From: the human T2T-CHM13v2.0 reference genome, Homo sapiens
NCBI RefSeq assembly: GCF_009914755.1
Contig: NC_060929.1
Length of the DNA stretch: 64,000 nucleotides
Strand: one strand, 5' to 3'
Part shown: piece by piece, positions 19,120 through 34,000 of the stretch
Layout: every line of letters starts with the position of its first letter
Numbering within the stretch: position 1 is the first letter of the stretch
Program-made: the position numbers and the translations under genes
Notes under the pieces: model-generated
Seen by the model: the letters and a program-made list of their open reading frames with translations, nothing else
Told to the model about the DNA's origin: nothing
The model's database searches: none

Positions 19120-21743
19120 CTAGAAAGGATGTACTGTCTTTTCCCAATATTTTTTCTACAATGTATCTATAGAATTTATCAATTGAGCAACTCTCAAAAT
19201 GCATGGCATTCAAAAAAATTTTATACAGTTTATGGCTAAAATCTTTCACATATTTTAATTCAATCTCTTCCATTTTTTTTCAGTGAGGAACCATAGACAT
19301 GAAGAATGTAGATGACACATTCCAAGTCACAGAGTAAATTAATGACAGGACTAGAACTGCAAAACATTTTAACGTCCTACAAAACTAAAATTTTGCGCTC
19401 TACATACATAAGTAGGGGAGGGTTTTAAAGCCATAGTGCTAATAAAAAAAAGTTGAGAAACAGATTGATATGCATAACCCTATTTACATAAACTAAATTT
19501 CAGGCATCAAAGGAATGTTCACATTAAATAAGTTAGGGCATTTTCTTTTAGAGTGGAGGGAAAGGAATAAAAGTGGAACATAGGGGAAAAGTATAATAAT
19601 TAATTAAAAGCACAGTAGAGACTTTGCATGGATGAAATACAATAATGTGCCATGAACTGAAATGTGATTCTCTTAACGATTTCTTCCTTGGGTGGCCTTT
19701 TATTGCCAAGACTAGAACTAGCTAGCTTTCTGTCACTTGTAACCAAAACAATCCTACCAAATGCAAATTATACCTAGAACTTTTGTACAAGTTTATAAAA
19801 TTAATTGGTCATCAAAACCAAATGAAGTGTATAGATCTCAACTTGTTAACAGAGAAAAAGAATAGAAAGGTGCCAGTGAATACAGAGAGGAGGAAAATAT
19901 CAAAAGCCTGAGTGGCCATCTTTTAGAGCAGAAAAAACATACTGTTATTATAGCCAATTGGTGTAGTCATGACACGTGAACACAGAATCTAATTGTGAAT
20001 TACATAATAATTTTGCTTAAAATGACATACCTTGGACCAATCTAGTTACAAATAGTTGTATGTGTTTTTATGAAGAGAAAAAAATCAGACCATTTAATCA
20101 AAGAAAAAAGATTAATTATGTTTGAAGATAGGCTTTTGAAGAACTTTTTGTAAACTAATATTTTTTGCTTTTGTGTGCCAGCACAGAATTCTTTGCTTCT
20201 ACTTGGGAAATAAAGAAATAGATATAAAAATATGTTTAGAAGAAAAATAAATATAAAAATACCTTAATTAACATTGATTTTTTAATTAAAATGACTTACA
20301 TTGATATTTCACATTTAAAAGTAGGCAGTTAACAGACACTGCACATGATATACCTCAACAACACTATTTTTACTTTACAATTGATCAAATTAACAGAGAT
20401 TATTAACTACCTACGGTTTTATAGAAAATGTAATTCAAAATAAAGTCTCAAGATTATTTCTAAAATACCATGTAGAAGTCCATGATATGATAGGAAATTA
20501 GTTCTCTATTAAAAAGATAAGACATTTCTAGCTCCTTTAAGTTAGTGACTAGTTAGTCCCTTCTTGTGTGCTTTAAAATAATTTATAAATCATATTATTG
20601 ACATTGTAGGTGCTGTATCAAAGGACTCACTATTATAGAGCTTGTTTCCCAAACATGTTTCTACTTTATATTACCTCTACTTAAAGTAACACTTTTTCCT
20701 GGAAAATGCTGCTTCCAAATTTTACATTTTACATTTTAAATCCCTTCAAATTTATGTATTTAATGACTTTTAGTAAAGCCTTGGCATCAGCAATGTTGTC
20801 TGTTGGGCAAAGACACATCTATAACCCAAAGTATCTTTTATCAAAGGTGATCAAGATGCAGAAAAGAAAAACAAGTTTCACTGGCAATCAAGACAGGAAC
20901 ACTGGAGGGTCCATTGTGCCACTGGAATCAGCCTAAAACCATAACAGTTACATTTTTATTAAAAGCCCCTTATGCCAATATGTGTGCATGTTTTCTTTTA
21001 CTTATGCTACTTCCAGAGTCCTTTAGGTTTCCCTTCAGGCCCAATGTGCTTTATTTTGTTTGAAGTGAGATTGTATGAAATCCTTCTGCAGACTCACTTA
21101 TATATTCCCTAATCGCCTTTGGTTAAGTTTTGTTAAAATGATCACGTATTACATGACATTGTAATATGAAACAGAAAAGAGACCAAATGATACTTTTGCT
21201 AGAGAATGTAGAGATTTTGGCATACTTTTATATTCCCAAATGTTATTTATTTGTTTAGAGATTATTACCTTTTAATGGTTTGTAGGGCAAGTCTGAAATT
21301 CCACTGAGTTTTATACTTAAGTGCACTATTTTGAATCTGGAAAATTGTAAATAAGAACATTCTGTATATGGAGTAACCTAATGAAAATCACTTATCATCT
21401 CTAAACTTCAGTCACCTCATTTGCCAAGTGAGGCAAATCTCTCTAATGGGATACTGTGCATATTAGTTTTTAAAACCATTCATGTAATTTGTATTTATGC
21501 AAAAATAGTAAATTTGGGGTTTGAAAGTTCCTTTCAAGATTATCTATTTCAGAAACCCTTGTCTCAAATGAGAAAATTGTCATCTAATTGCTAATAATGT
21601 ATGTTTTTACACATAGAAGAAACTCAAACGATTTCAAGAATATTTGATTCAATAAGACGTTTATTGTTAAGCAAGCCCCGTTTTTTTCTGCTTGTTTCTT
21701 ATTTCATAATCAGTACAATTTTCCTTCTCCTTCCCCACTCTAC

Positions 21744-21909
21744 TTCATTGCTGTTTTAAAGAATATCAACGTTTTTTTCCAGTTGCCAAATGGGTGATGG
21801 TGTTTTGTTGGGGAAAGAACACAGGTCTTCTGAGATTCAGTTCTGCTTCGTCCCACTGTAGTTTTTTTTAACAAGTTGCCTATCTGTCTGTGCAACTTGT
21901 TTTTCTTCT
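21744..21909 (-). pseudogene. Possible 166-nt exon: (E)KKNKLHRQIGNLLKK...WKKTLIFFKTAM
   Basis: Acceptor actttattttatAG, open frame (part of ORF 21740-21970), weak donor GTAGAG. Confidence 0.4.
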
Positions 21910-22519
21910 CTATAAAATAAAGTTTCTCCAAAGGCTTTACACACACACACACGCATGCATGCACACACACACACAGTCTTGTTTTCCCCTCTACCCTTGC
22001 TCACCTTCACTTATGGGAAGTATTTGGTGTTCTTTTTAATCTTTTGCTTTCTTGACTCTACAGTTCTGTGTTATTCTGGGTTATCTCATACCTTTCTGTT
22101 TCTGTCCTGGCTCTACCTCTCAAAGTCATAGTGTTTTTTGAAGTTCTGTACTACTTTTTTACTCTTTTTATCAAAATAGAATCTCAGCAAACAGTGGGAA
22201 GTCAGAAAGGAAGACTTGGACTGGGATTCTGGAAAAGCTGCAGGGGTGAGAAAATACCAAACGTTCATTATTCTAGGCAAGATGAACGTGGATGTCTGAA
22301 AGCAGGTGCTAAATCACAGGCCCATGGGAGAATAGTCATGTCCAGACTGAAGGTACCTATCTGAACTTGGGTTTGGATCTTGGAATATAGACATTGGACT
22401 TCACAGAAACATGTTTGCAATGAGCTAAATGCAGAAAGCTATTTCCCAGAAATCTGGATTACAGAGAACCAGTGAAAGTGAATAAAGTCAGATAAAGATC
22501 AACATCATACTGATATTTA

Positions 22520-23420
22520 CAGATCTCAATAATTACTGGCCAGGGTGTGTGGCTTTTTCCAGTAATATTTACCTCTACCTTACCTCAACCACTACAGCTG
22601 TGTTCTCACTCACGACATTGTCAATACCAACGACCATCTCCAAAATATTGGCTCTGTTTTCCAGTCTGTCCTACTGACTTCTAAATCTTTAGCTCACGTA
22701 GTATGCTACTTCAACTCTTTGTGACCTCATTCAATTTTCCATCCAGTGATAGTTTTACATTATTAAAATTATTTTAATGTATGTCTTCTGCTCTCTTTCT
22801 ACCAACTTAAGAGTCGGTGGAACTTTATTGAAATTGCTCCTTTGTATACCCCATTAAATCCCTTAACCACTCTTCTCTTGTTAGATTCACCTGGAAATGC
22901 CTGAATTCTATTTAAATCTAACTATCTGTCTACCCTATGCCTACACACAAACACTGAACATTGTTATGTATATTCACGGTGCATGCAAGCATGTGCACAC
23001 AAACTCTCTCTGTCTTTCTTTCTCTCTCTCATGCTGACTTATCTTACTCTAAGGTCATGACACAAATCATCAAAGTGGAAATACAACATGGCAGACAATC
23101 CTATTGTACTCCCTTTGTATATTTTCTTTTATACAAAAATGTTCAGTTTAAACCTCTTCTCTCCATAGACGCTGATGATTTGCATCTATCTCCCTTTTAT
23201 GGCCTTCATTTACTCTTCCAAATTCCTGTCCCTTAGCTTGCCTTATATTTATTGAAGAATAAAAACAACCTAACAGGAACTCCTTCATATTCTGACCACC
23301 CATTAACCAACTCACCTATAACTGCAACCATTCTGTTTCTGTGGATGAAGTATCCTATCCCTTCTCCTATCAACGCCAAGCCATCCATCTATACTTTCAT
23401 TTTTCTCCAGACTGAAATTC
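22520..23420 (+). mobile_element. L2 internal relic
   Basis: Pyrimidine-rich degenerate L2-like sequence. Confidence 0.4.
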
Positions 23421-23866
23421 AAACCATTCATTTATTGTACAGTACTTTATGAAAGCATGTTTTCAATTGTGTCTGAGCTAGTAAATCAAAACTTCTCACT
23501 AAATGTGAAGCAAATAAATGTCACCTTGAGCTTTATCTAACTCTGATTGGAAACTCATAAAATATTTAGAATTTATTAATACTACTATTTATTTGTTCTA
23601 CATTGAATTTCCATTTTGAGTAAGATGTAATCTCCATGGTACTATAAAAGATCATATAGATTTTTGTTGTTTCTATTTTTGTGGTGGAAAAACAGATATT
23701 TTTGGCAGCGTGTTCTAGTTCACATAGTTTATCACAAACTAAACTCAGGTTTCTTTTGTTGCCTGGGCAAATTCCAAATAACTTATTCTTCACTTTTATT
23801 CAGTCACCAAAACAATAACCTTGAACAACAGAATGGGCTGTTCTAGAACAGTTCTGAAAGAACCAC

Positions 23867-26150
23867 TCTATTAGTCTGTTCTTATGCTGCTAAAAAAGAC
23901 ATGCCTGAAATTGGGTAATTTATAAAGGAAAGAGGCTTAATCGACTCAAAGTTCATCATGGCTGAGGAGGTCTCAGGAAACTTATAACCATGGTGGAAGG
24001 GTAAGCAAACATGTTCTTCACATGTTGGCGTCAAGGAGAAGTTAAGAGCAAAAGGGGGAGAAGCTCCTTATAAAATTAGATCTTGTGAGAATTCAGTCAC
24101 TATCATGAGAACAGCAGCATGGGGGTAACTGCCCCCTTGATTCAATTACCTTTCACTGGGTTCCTCCCATGACATGTCAGGATTATGGGAACAACAGTTC
24201 AAGATGAGATTTGGGTGGGGACACAGCCAAACCATATCAATCTGGCCCTGGCCCTTTTCACATCCCATTTCCTCACATTTCAAAACATAATCATGTCCTT
24301 CCAACAGTCCCCCAAAGTCCTTACTCATTCCAGCATTAACTGAAAAGTCCATGTCCAAAGTCTCATCTGAGACAAGGCAAGTACCTTTTGCCTATGAGCT
24401 TGTAAAATCAAAAGCAAGTTAGTTACTTCCTAGATACAATCAGAGTGCAGGCATTGAGTAAATACACCTGCTTCACATTGAAAAAATTGGCCAAAACAAA
24501 GGGACTACAGGCCCCAGGTGAGTCCAAAACTGAACAGGACAGTCACTAAACCTTAAAGTTCCAAAATGATCTTTTTTGACTCCATGTCTTACAACCAGGT
24601 CACACTGATGCAAAAGGTGGGCTCCCATGGCCTTGGGAAGTTCCACCCCTGTGGCTTTGTAGGGTACAGACTCCTGGCTGGCTGCTTTCATGGCTGGTGT
24701 TGAGTGTCTGGGGCTTTTCCAGGTGCACAGTGCAAGGTGTCAGTGGATCTACCATTCTGGGGTCTGGAGGATGGTGGCACTCTTCCCACAGCTCCACTAG
24801 GCAGTGCCCCAGTGGGGACTCTGTGTGGGGGCTCCAAACCCACATTTCCCTTCTTCACTGCCCTAGCAGAGGTTCTCCATGAGGGCTCCACCCCTGCAGC
24901 ACACCTCTTCCTGGACATCCAGGTGTTTCCATACATCCTCTGAAATCTAGATGGAGATTCCTAAACCTCAATTCTTGACTTCTGTGCACCTGCAGGCTCA
25001 ACACCACAAGGAAGCTGCCAAGGCTTGGTGCTTGCACCCTCTGCAGCCACAACCCAAGCTGTACCTTGGCCCCTTTTATCCATGGCTGGAGCATCTGGGA
25101 TGCAGCAAGTCAAGTCCCAAGGCTGCACACAGCAGGGAGGCCCTGTAACTAGCCCAGGAAACCATTTTTCCTTCCTAGGCCTCTGGGCCTGTGAAGGGAG
25201 GGTAGCCATGAAAGTCTCTTTACATGCCTTGGAGTTATTTCCCCCATTGTCTTGGTGATTAGCATTTGGTTCCTCATTACTTATGCAAATTTCTGCTACC
25301 AGCTTGAATTTGCCCCCAGAAAACTGGTTTCTCTTTTCTACTGCACCTTCAGGCTGCAAATTTTTCAAACTTTTATGCTCTGCTTTCTCTTGAATGCTTT
25401 GCCACTTAGAAATTTCTTCTGCCAGATACCCTAAATCATTTATCTCAAGTTCAAAGTTCCACAGATCTCTAGGGCAGGGTAAAAATGCTGCCAGTCTCTT
25501 TGCATAGCAAGAATGACCTTTACCCAAGTTCCCAACAAGTTCCTGATCTCCATCTGAGACCACCTCAACCTGGACTTTATTGTCCATATCACTATCTGCA
25601 TTTTGGTCAAAGCCATTCAACAAGTCTCTAGGGAGTTCCAAACTTTACCATATTTTCCCATCTCCTTCTGAGCTCTCCAAACTGTTCCAAAATCTGCCTG
25701 TTACCCAGTTCCAAAGTCACTTACACATTTCCAGGTACATTTACAATAGCGCCCCACTCCCGGTATCAATTTACTGTATTAGTCTGTTCTCACACTGCTA
25801 ATAAAGACATACCTGAGACTGGGTAATTTATAAAGGAAAGAGGCTTAATTGACTCAAAGTTCAGCATGGCTGGGGAAGCCTCAGGAAACTTACAATCATG
25901 GTGGAAGGGGAAGCAAACATGTCCTTCACATGGTGGTATCAAGGAGAAGTAAAGAGCAAAAGCAGGAAAAGCCCCTTATAAAACCATAAGATATCATAAG
26001 AACTCAGTAACTATCACAAGAAGAGCAGCATGAGGGTAACAGCCCACATGATTCAATTACCTCCCATTGGGTACTTCCCATGACACATGGAGATTATAGG
26101 AACTACATTTCAAGATGAGATTTGGGTGGTGACCCAGCCAAACCATATCA
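23867..26150 (-). mobile_element. Complete THE1 MaLR provirus (LTR 23867-24239, internal 24240-25774, LTR 25775-26150)
   Basis: Two direct LTRs of about 375 bp ending aaaccatatca, THE1 internal ORF remnant (24961-25641), 5-bp TSD accac. Confidence 0.95.
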
Positions 26151-26379
26151 ACCACTTTGTATTAAGGAGACCTGGCAAAAGCCCAAGAAAATCTAGTTGA
26201 GATGGCTAGTTAATGGCTCATAAATAAACTTAATAATATGAATTCTAAATGGCTCTTATGGTAGAGGGGAGTAAAGAATCATAAGACACTGTCCATTAAT
26301 GCTCCTTTTCTTATTTTTTATGTTCTTCTTTTGTCTACACTTTTAAAAAATGAATTATGGTGGGCTACTTAGGCACACT

Positions 26380-28521
<2,142 letters not shown>

Positions 28522-28679
28522 GCATGATAGTTTTAATTTTACTTTTTCAACAAATATTTATTAAACACTTAACTACAATTAATCCAGGGATTATGTGACA
28601 TGGCAACCTCTTTTATTCTCACTCCTCTTTGCTTTTGTTCTTAGTCAAGCAGACATTTTTGAGTCATTTTAACTCTGTA

Positions 28680-29960
28680 TTATCTCTTACTCCAACTGAA
28701 GACCAAATCAGTTTTTTCTACCTTTAAAATTTCTTAAACTGATTTTTTCTTTTTCATTCCTGGTATCAATATCTTATTATTATCTTTTGCCTGAATTGTT
28801 GGAAGTACTTTCTAACTAATCACCTTGTCTTTTTTCTTGTACCTCTGAAATAAATTTTTGTACTTCTTGTCAGAATGGTTTTCCTAAAAATCAAATTATT
28901 TCACAATCACTTCCTTTTTCAAGATCCTGCAATGACAATTGTCTTTAGAAAAGCACAACCTCCTGAGCACTGCATATAAGATCTGCAGTGCCTATCATTC
29001 CACTTCTAGTCTCTGAGATATGTTCTGGAAATTTTTGACATCCTGAAAGTGCTAAGAACTCTCAAATTTGTGCCTTTTTCCTTGCCCTCCCTTTGCTTGG
29101 AATTGCCTTCTTCACTTTTTCCTAAAATCCCTCTTCATTCTTTGAAGGCCAGCTCAAAGTTTCACCTTCATAAAGCCACACAGTCCCTGTTCCCTTTAGA
29201 AACTGTTATTCTCCTCCTCCTTTTTGCTTCTGCAAATATTTTCAAACACACACATAACTGCATTAAATTATGTCATATAGATCTTTTTCCATGTAAGCTG
29301 CTTGACATGACATGGCTCCCAGAATCTTGATCATTCTAGCTTTCTTTGGATGTTCCTTAAGAGTGTGTGCTTCAGAAAGACACCACCTTGTTACAAATCC
29401 TGGCTTTGCCATTCACTATGCCTGTGATCCTAGGGTGTGTATTTAATCTCTCTACCTTCAATTTTCTCCTCTGAAAATGGGAATATTAATGATAATACAT
29501 TTGGGACCCCTGATTATTGAATTAGATAATGCATTGAAAATGCATAGAATAGTACCTGGTACTTTTTAAGTGTTCAATAATTTAATAATTATTAGCTATT
29601 TTATTATTGTTATAATTTTCATATTAAAATATGGTCCCAATAACTGATCAAAGCAAAGAGTAATAACAATGACTATCATCATCATGATTAAGAGTATGAT
29701 TATTGTTACTTCTACTACAAGCACTATTTTTTGAACATGTACCATGTGCCAGTCTTGGTGATAAGCATTTACAGGTGTTTCAATTAATCCTAAAATACAT
29801 GGTGAGTGTGACTATTATCCTCTTTAGAAGAAAAAACAAACACTTTGAGAGCTTAGACAGTTTTTCTAAGGACACATAGGTAATTAGTATGACAGCCAAG
29901 ACTGAAGTTTCGGGGGGGTCTCAGACAATCTTCTCTCATAACTACTCTGTTATAATATCT
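28680..29960. mobile_element. L2 and MIR relics (L2 about 28680-29320; MIRs about 29350-29600 plus and 29720-29950 minus)
   Basis: MIR core motifs caaatcctggctttgcc and ttttctcctctgaaaatggg; L2-like pyrimidine tracts. Confidence 0.55.
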
Positions 29961-30299
29961 CCCCAAGGGGCTAATACATCACCTCACCCAAATCTTAAGC
30001 TTCTGTGAATGCACTGAGAGCATCCTGTGACAAGTAGCAAAATATATTAAAAATTTAGGTGGGGCCATTTTATGTGAGTCTTCTTTGACTAAATTTAAAC
30101 CTAGTGATTCCAAAAATTATACTATTATATGTTCTTCCAGGGCCTAATGAGAGAGCCAGGCTAAAAGGATTCTTCACTGTTACATGGAAATATGAAAAAG
30201 AGAATTACAAATAATGTAATGAATCATAAATATAAAGTCAAATATTTTTCATTCATGGCACTAGTTATTATTTCATTAAACTTTCATGTATTTGCATAC

Positions 30300-30632
30300 C
30301 TAATACCAAAATATAGCTATTGACCAATATATGAACAGCATGAGGAAGAATAAGGCCAAATATGTTGAAATAAACCCTTAAATAATTGAGACTGTTACTA
30401 CTATTTTTTAATAGACAGCTATTTCTTCCATGTTTATCTCTGGAAAGCCAGAACATTTGCTACGAGGTATGGACAGTCATTTTTAAATGATTTTCCAGCA
30501 GCCAGAGAACAGTTTGAAATGACCATTTTCTTGATGACCAACAGCTGACCAGGAATGATGACCCATGCTTAGAGCACTGGCCACTTTCTCATTTTTCACT
30601 TTGATATGAATGAAGGTCAGAGAAGTGTAATC
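30300..30632 (-). pseudogene. Possible 333-nt exon: (G)LHFSDLHSYQSEK*...VLWLLENHLKM...
   Basis: Acceptor gtttctggtttatAG, donor TAG|GTATGC, phase 1-1 with two stops. The 3' boundary is uncertain. Confidence 0.4.
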
Positions 30633-31043
30633 CTATAAACCAGAAACTCCTATAATTTAAAAATACATTGAGACACATATAAAGTACAAGTACACAGTTT
30701 ACTGCAGATAAATGCCAATTCAACAAAACATCAGGAAACTTCTCAGTTCTACCTTTCAAAATCAGTAAACTATTTTTAAAACACAGTAATTTATATGTCC
30801 TGAGTAGTCTATTGCTATTGGAGATGTTGTCAAGGAGACCATGATATTAAAAGATGTTATATGAGACTGAGACTACTTCTGCTATTTCTTATTATATTGC
30901 TGATACCTTAATATATGGGACTATTGCTCACATATGCTTTACTGGAAGCGTTTCTGTCCCCAACATATACATATGCTTGTAGTTTAGCATTTCATAATAG
31001 CATAATAGCACCCTTAAAAATTTAGCTTTAAACAATACTGCAG

Positions 31044-34000
31044 AAGAGATGGAAAAAAATGGAGGATAGGAGGCAGGACTATTTTGCAGCTCCCATTCAG
31101 ATGGACAGAGCAGAGTGTGGAGATTGACATCATGAACTTTTCCTCCAAGGAACATAACTGGAAGGCTGAGAGAATCCACAGATCCTTTGAAGGAGGCTCT
31201 GTGGCGCAGCTGAAGAACTGTTTGCTGTCTCACCTGGGAGGCTTGTAGCCTGGGGCAAGTTCTCAGCTCTGCTCACAAGCTGCCTAGAAATAAACCTGGT
31301 GCCGTTGGGGGTGCATGCTGGGAGTGAGACTGGCCTTTCGGGCTGCAAGCTGTATAGGAGCTGAATGAGGCCTGTTGCTGCCAGCTTTTACCCACTTCCC
31401 TGGTGACCTGTGTGACACAGCAGAGACAGCCATAATCCTCCTGGGAACATAACTCCATTAGCCTGGGAATCACACCTGCATCCCCCACAGCAGCCACAGC
31501 AAGCCTTGCCCAAGGAGAGTCTGAGCTCAGACATGCCCAACCCTGCCCCCACCTGATGGTCTTTCTCTACCCACCCTACCCACCCTGGTAGCCAAAGACA
31601 AAGGTCATAATCTACCACAGCTGATGTGCTCTTGAAAGCGCCACCTTCTGGCCAGAGGCCAACCAACACAAAACCAGTGCACTTAACAAAAATACAACCA
31701 AGGACGCTCACCGACTCTACTTCTCTCCCCTGCTACCTCCACTGGAGCAGGTACTGGTATCTACAGCTAAGAGACCTGAAGAAGGATCACATCACAGCAC
31801 TCTTTGCAGACACTCCCCAGTACTAGCCCAGAGCCCCGTACCTCTGCTGGCTAGCTAGATCCAGAAGATAAATAACAATTGCTGCAGTTTGACTCTCAGG
31901 AAGCCCCATCCCTAGGGGAAGGGAGAGAGCACCACATCAAGGGAGCACCCTGTGGGACAAAAGAATCTGAACAACAGCCCTTGAGTCCCAGATCTTCCCT
32001 CTGAAATAGTCTTCCCAAATGAGAAGGAACCAGAAAATCAATTTGGGTAATATGAAAAAACGAGGTTCTTTAACACCCCCAAAAGACCACAGTGGCTCAC
32101 CAGCAATGGATCCAAACAAGACGAAATCTCTGAATTGCCAGAAAAAGAATTCAGAAGGTCAATTATTAAGCTAATCAAGGAGACACCAGGGAAAGGTGAA
32201 GTACAACTTAAATTTTTTTTAAAAAAAGATATAGGATATGAATGGAAAAATCGCCAGTGAAATAGATAGCATAAATAAAAAATGACAAATTTTGGATATC
32301 AAAGACACACTTAAAGAAATGGAAAATGCACTGGAAATTCTCAGCAATAGAATCAAACAAGTACCGGAAAGAAGACGGCTTTTGAATTAACCAAATCCAA
32401 CAAAGGCAAAATAATAATAATAAGTAAATAAACAAATAAATAAGGAACAAAACTTCCAAAAAGTTTGGCATTATGTTAAATGATCAAATTTAAGAATAAT
32501 TAGTGTTCCCAAGGAAGAAGATAAATCTAAAATTTTAGAAAATATATTTGATGGAATAATCGAGGAAAACTTCTCTGGCCTTGCTAGATATCTAGACATC
32601 CAAATACAAGAAGCTCAAAGAAAACCTGGGAAATTCATTGCAAAAAGATCACCCCCTTGGCACATAGTCATCAGAAGTCGAGCTGAAGCAAAGAATCTTA
32701 AGAGCTGTGAGGCAAAAGCATCAGGAGACCTAGAAAGGAAAACCTATCAAATTAACGGCAGATTTTTCAGCAGAAATCCTACAAGCTAGAAAGAATTGGG
32801 GTGCTATTTAGTATCCAGTCTAACTAAGATTCATAAATGAAGGAAAGATACCGTCTTTTTCTGACAAATGCTGAATTTGCTGCTACCAAGCCAGCACTAC
32901 AAGAACTGCTTTTAAAAAGCTCTAAATCTTGTAACAAATCCTCAAAGTACACCAAAATAGAATCTCCTTAGAGCATAAATCTCACAAGACCTATAAAACG
33001 ACAACACAATGAAAAGAAACCAAGGCATTCAGGCAAAAAATAGCAGGATGAATAGAATAGTACCTCACATCTCAATACTAACATTGAATGTAAATGGCCT
33101 AAATGCTCCACTTAACGGACACAGCATTGCGGAATGGATAAGAATTCACCAAACAAGTATCTGCTCTCTTCAAGAGACTCACCTGACACATAAAGACTCA
33201 AATAAACTTAAGGTAAAGAGGTAGAAAAAGATATTTCATGCAAATGTACACCAAAAGTAAGCAGGAGTAGCTATTTTTATATCAGACAAAACAGACTTTA
33301 AAGCAACAGCAGTTAAAGACAGAGGGGGACATTATATAATGATAAAAGGACTAGTCCAACAGGAAAATATCACAATCCTAAATATACATGCACCTAACAC
33401 TGGAGCTCACAAATTTATAAAATAATTGCCACTAGACCTAAGAAATGAGGTAGACAGTGACACAATAATAGTGGAGGACTTTAATACTCCACTGACAGTG
33501 TAGCAGGATGAGCTGCAGACAAAACTCCTCAGACACTGGGTTAAAGAAGGAAGGAGCTTTATTCACCTGGGAACTTTGGCAGACTTGCGTCTCAGAAGCT
33601 GAGCTCCCCCAGTGAGCAATTCTTGTCCCTTTCAAGGGCTTACAACTCTAAGGGGGAAAGTCCACGTGAGAGGGTCGTGATCGATTGAGCAAGCAGGGGG
33701 TATGTGACCAGGGGTTGCATGCACCAGTAATCAGAATGGAAGAGAACAGGACAGGGATTTTCACAATGCTTTTCCATATAATGTCTGGAATCTATAGATA
33801 ACATAACCGGTCAGGTCAGGAGTTGATCTTTAACCAGGCCCAGGGTGCAGTGCCGGGCTGTCTGCCTGTGGATTTCATTTCTGCCTTTTAGTTTTTACTT
33901 TTTCTTTCTTTGAAGGCAGAAATTGGGCATAAGACAATATGAGGGGTGGTCTCCACCCTTAACAGCACTAGATAGGTAATCTAGACAGAAAGTCAACAAA

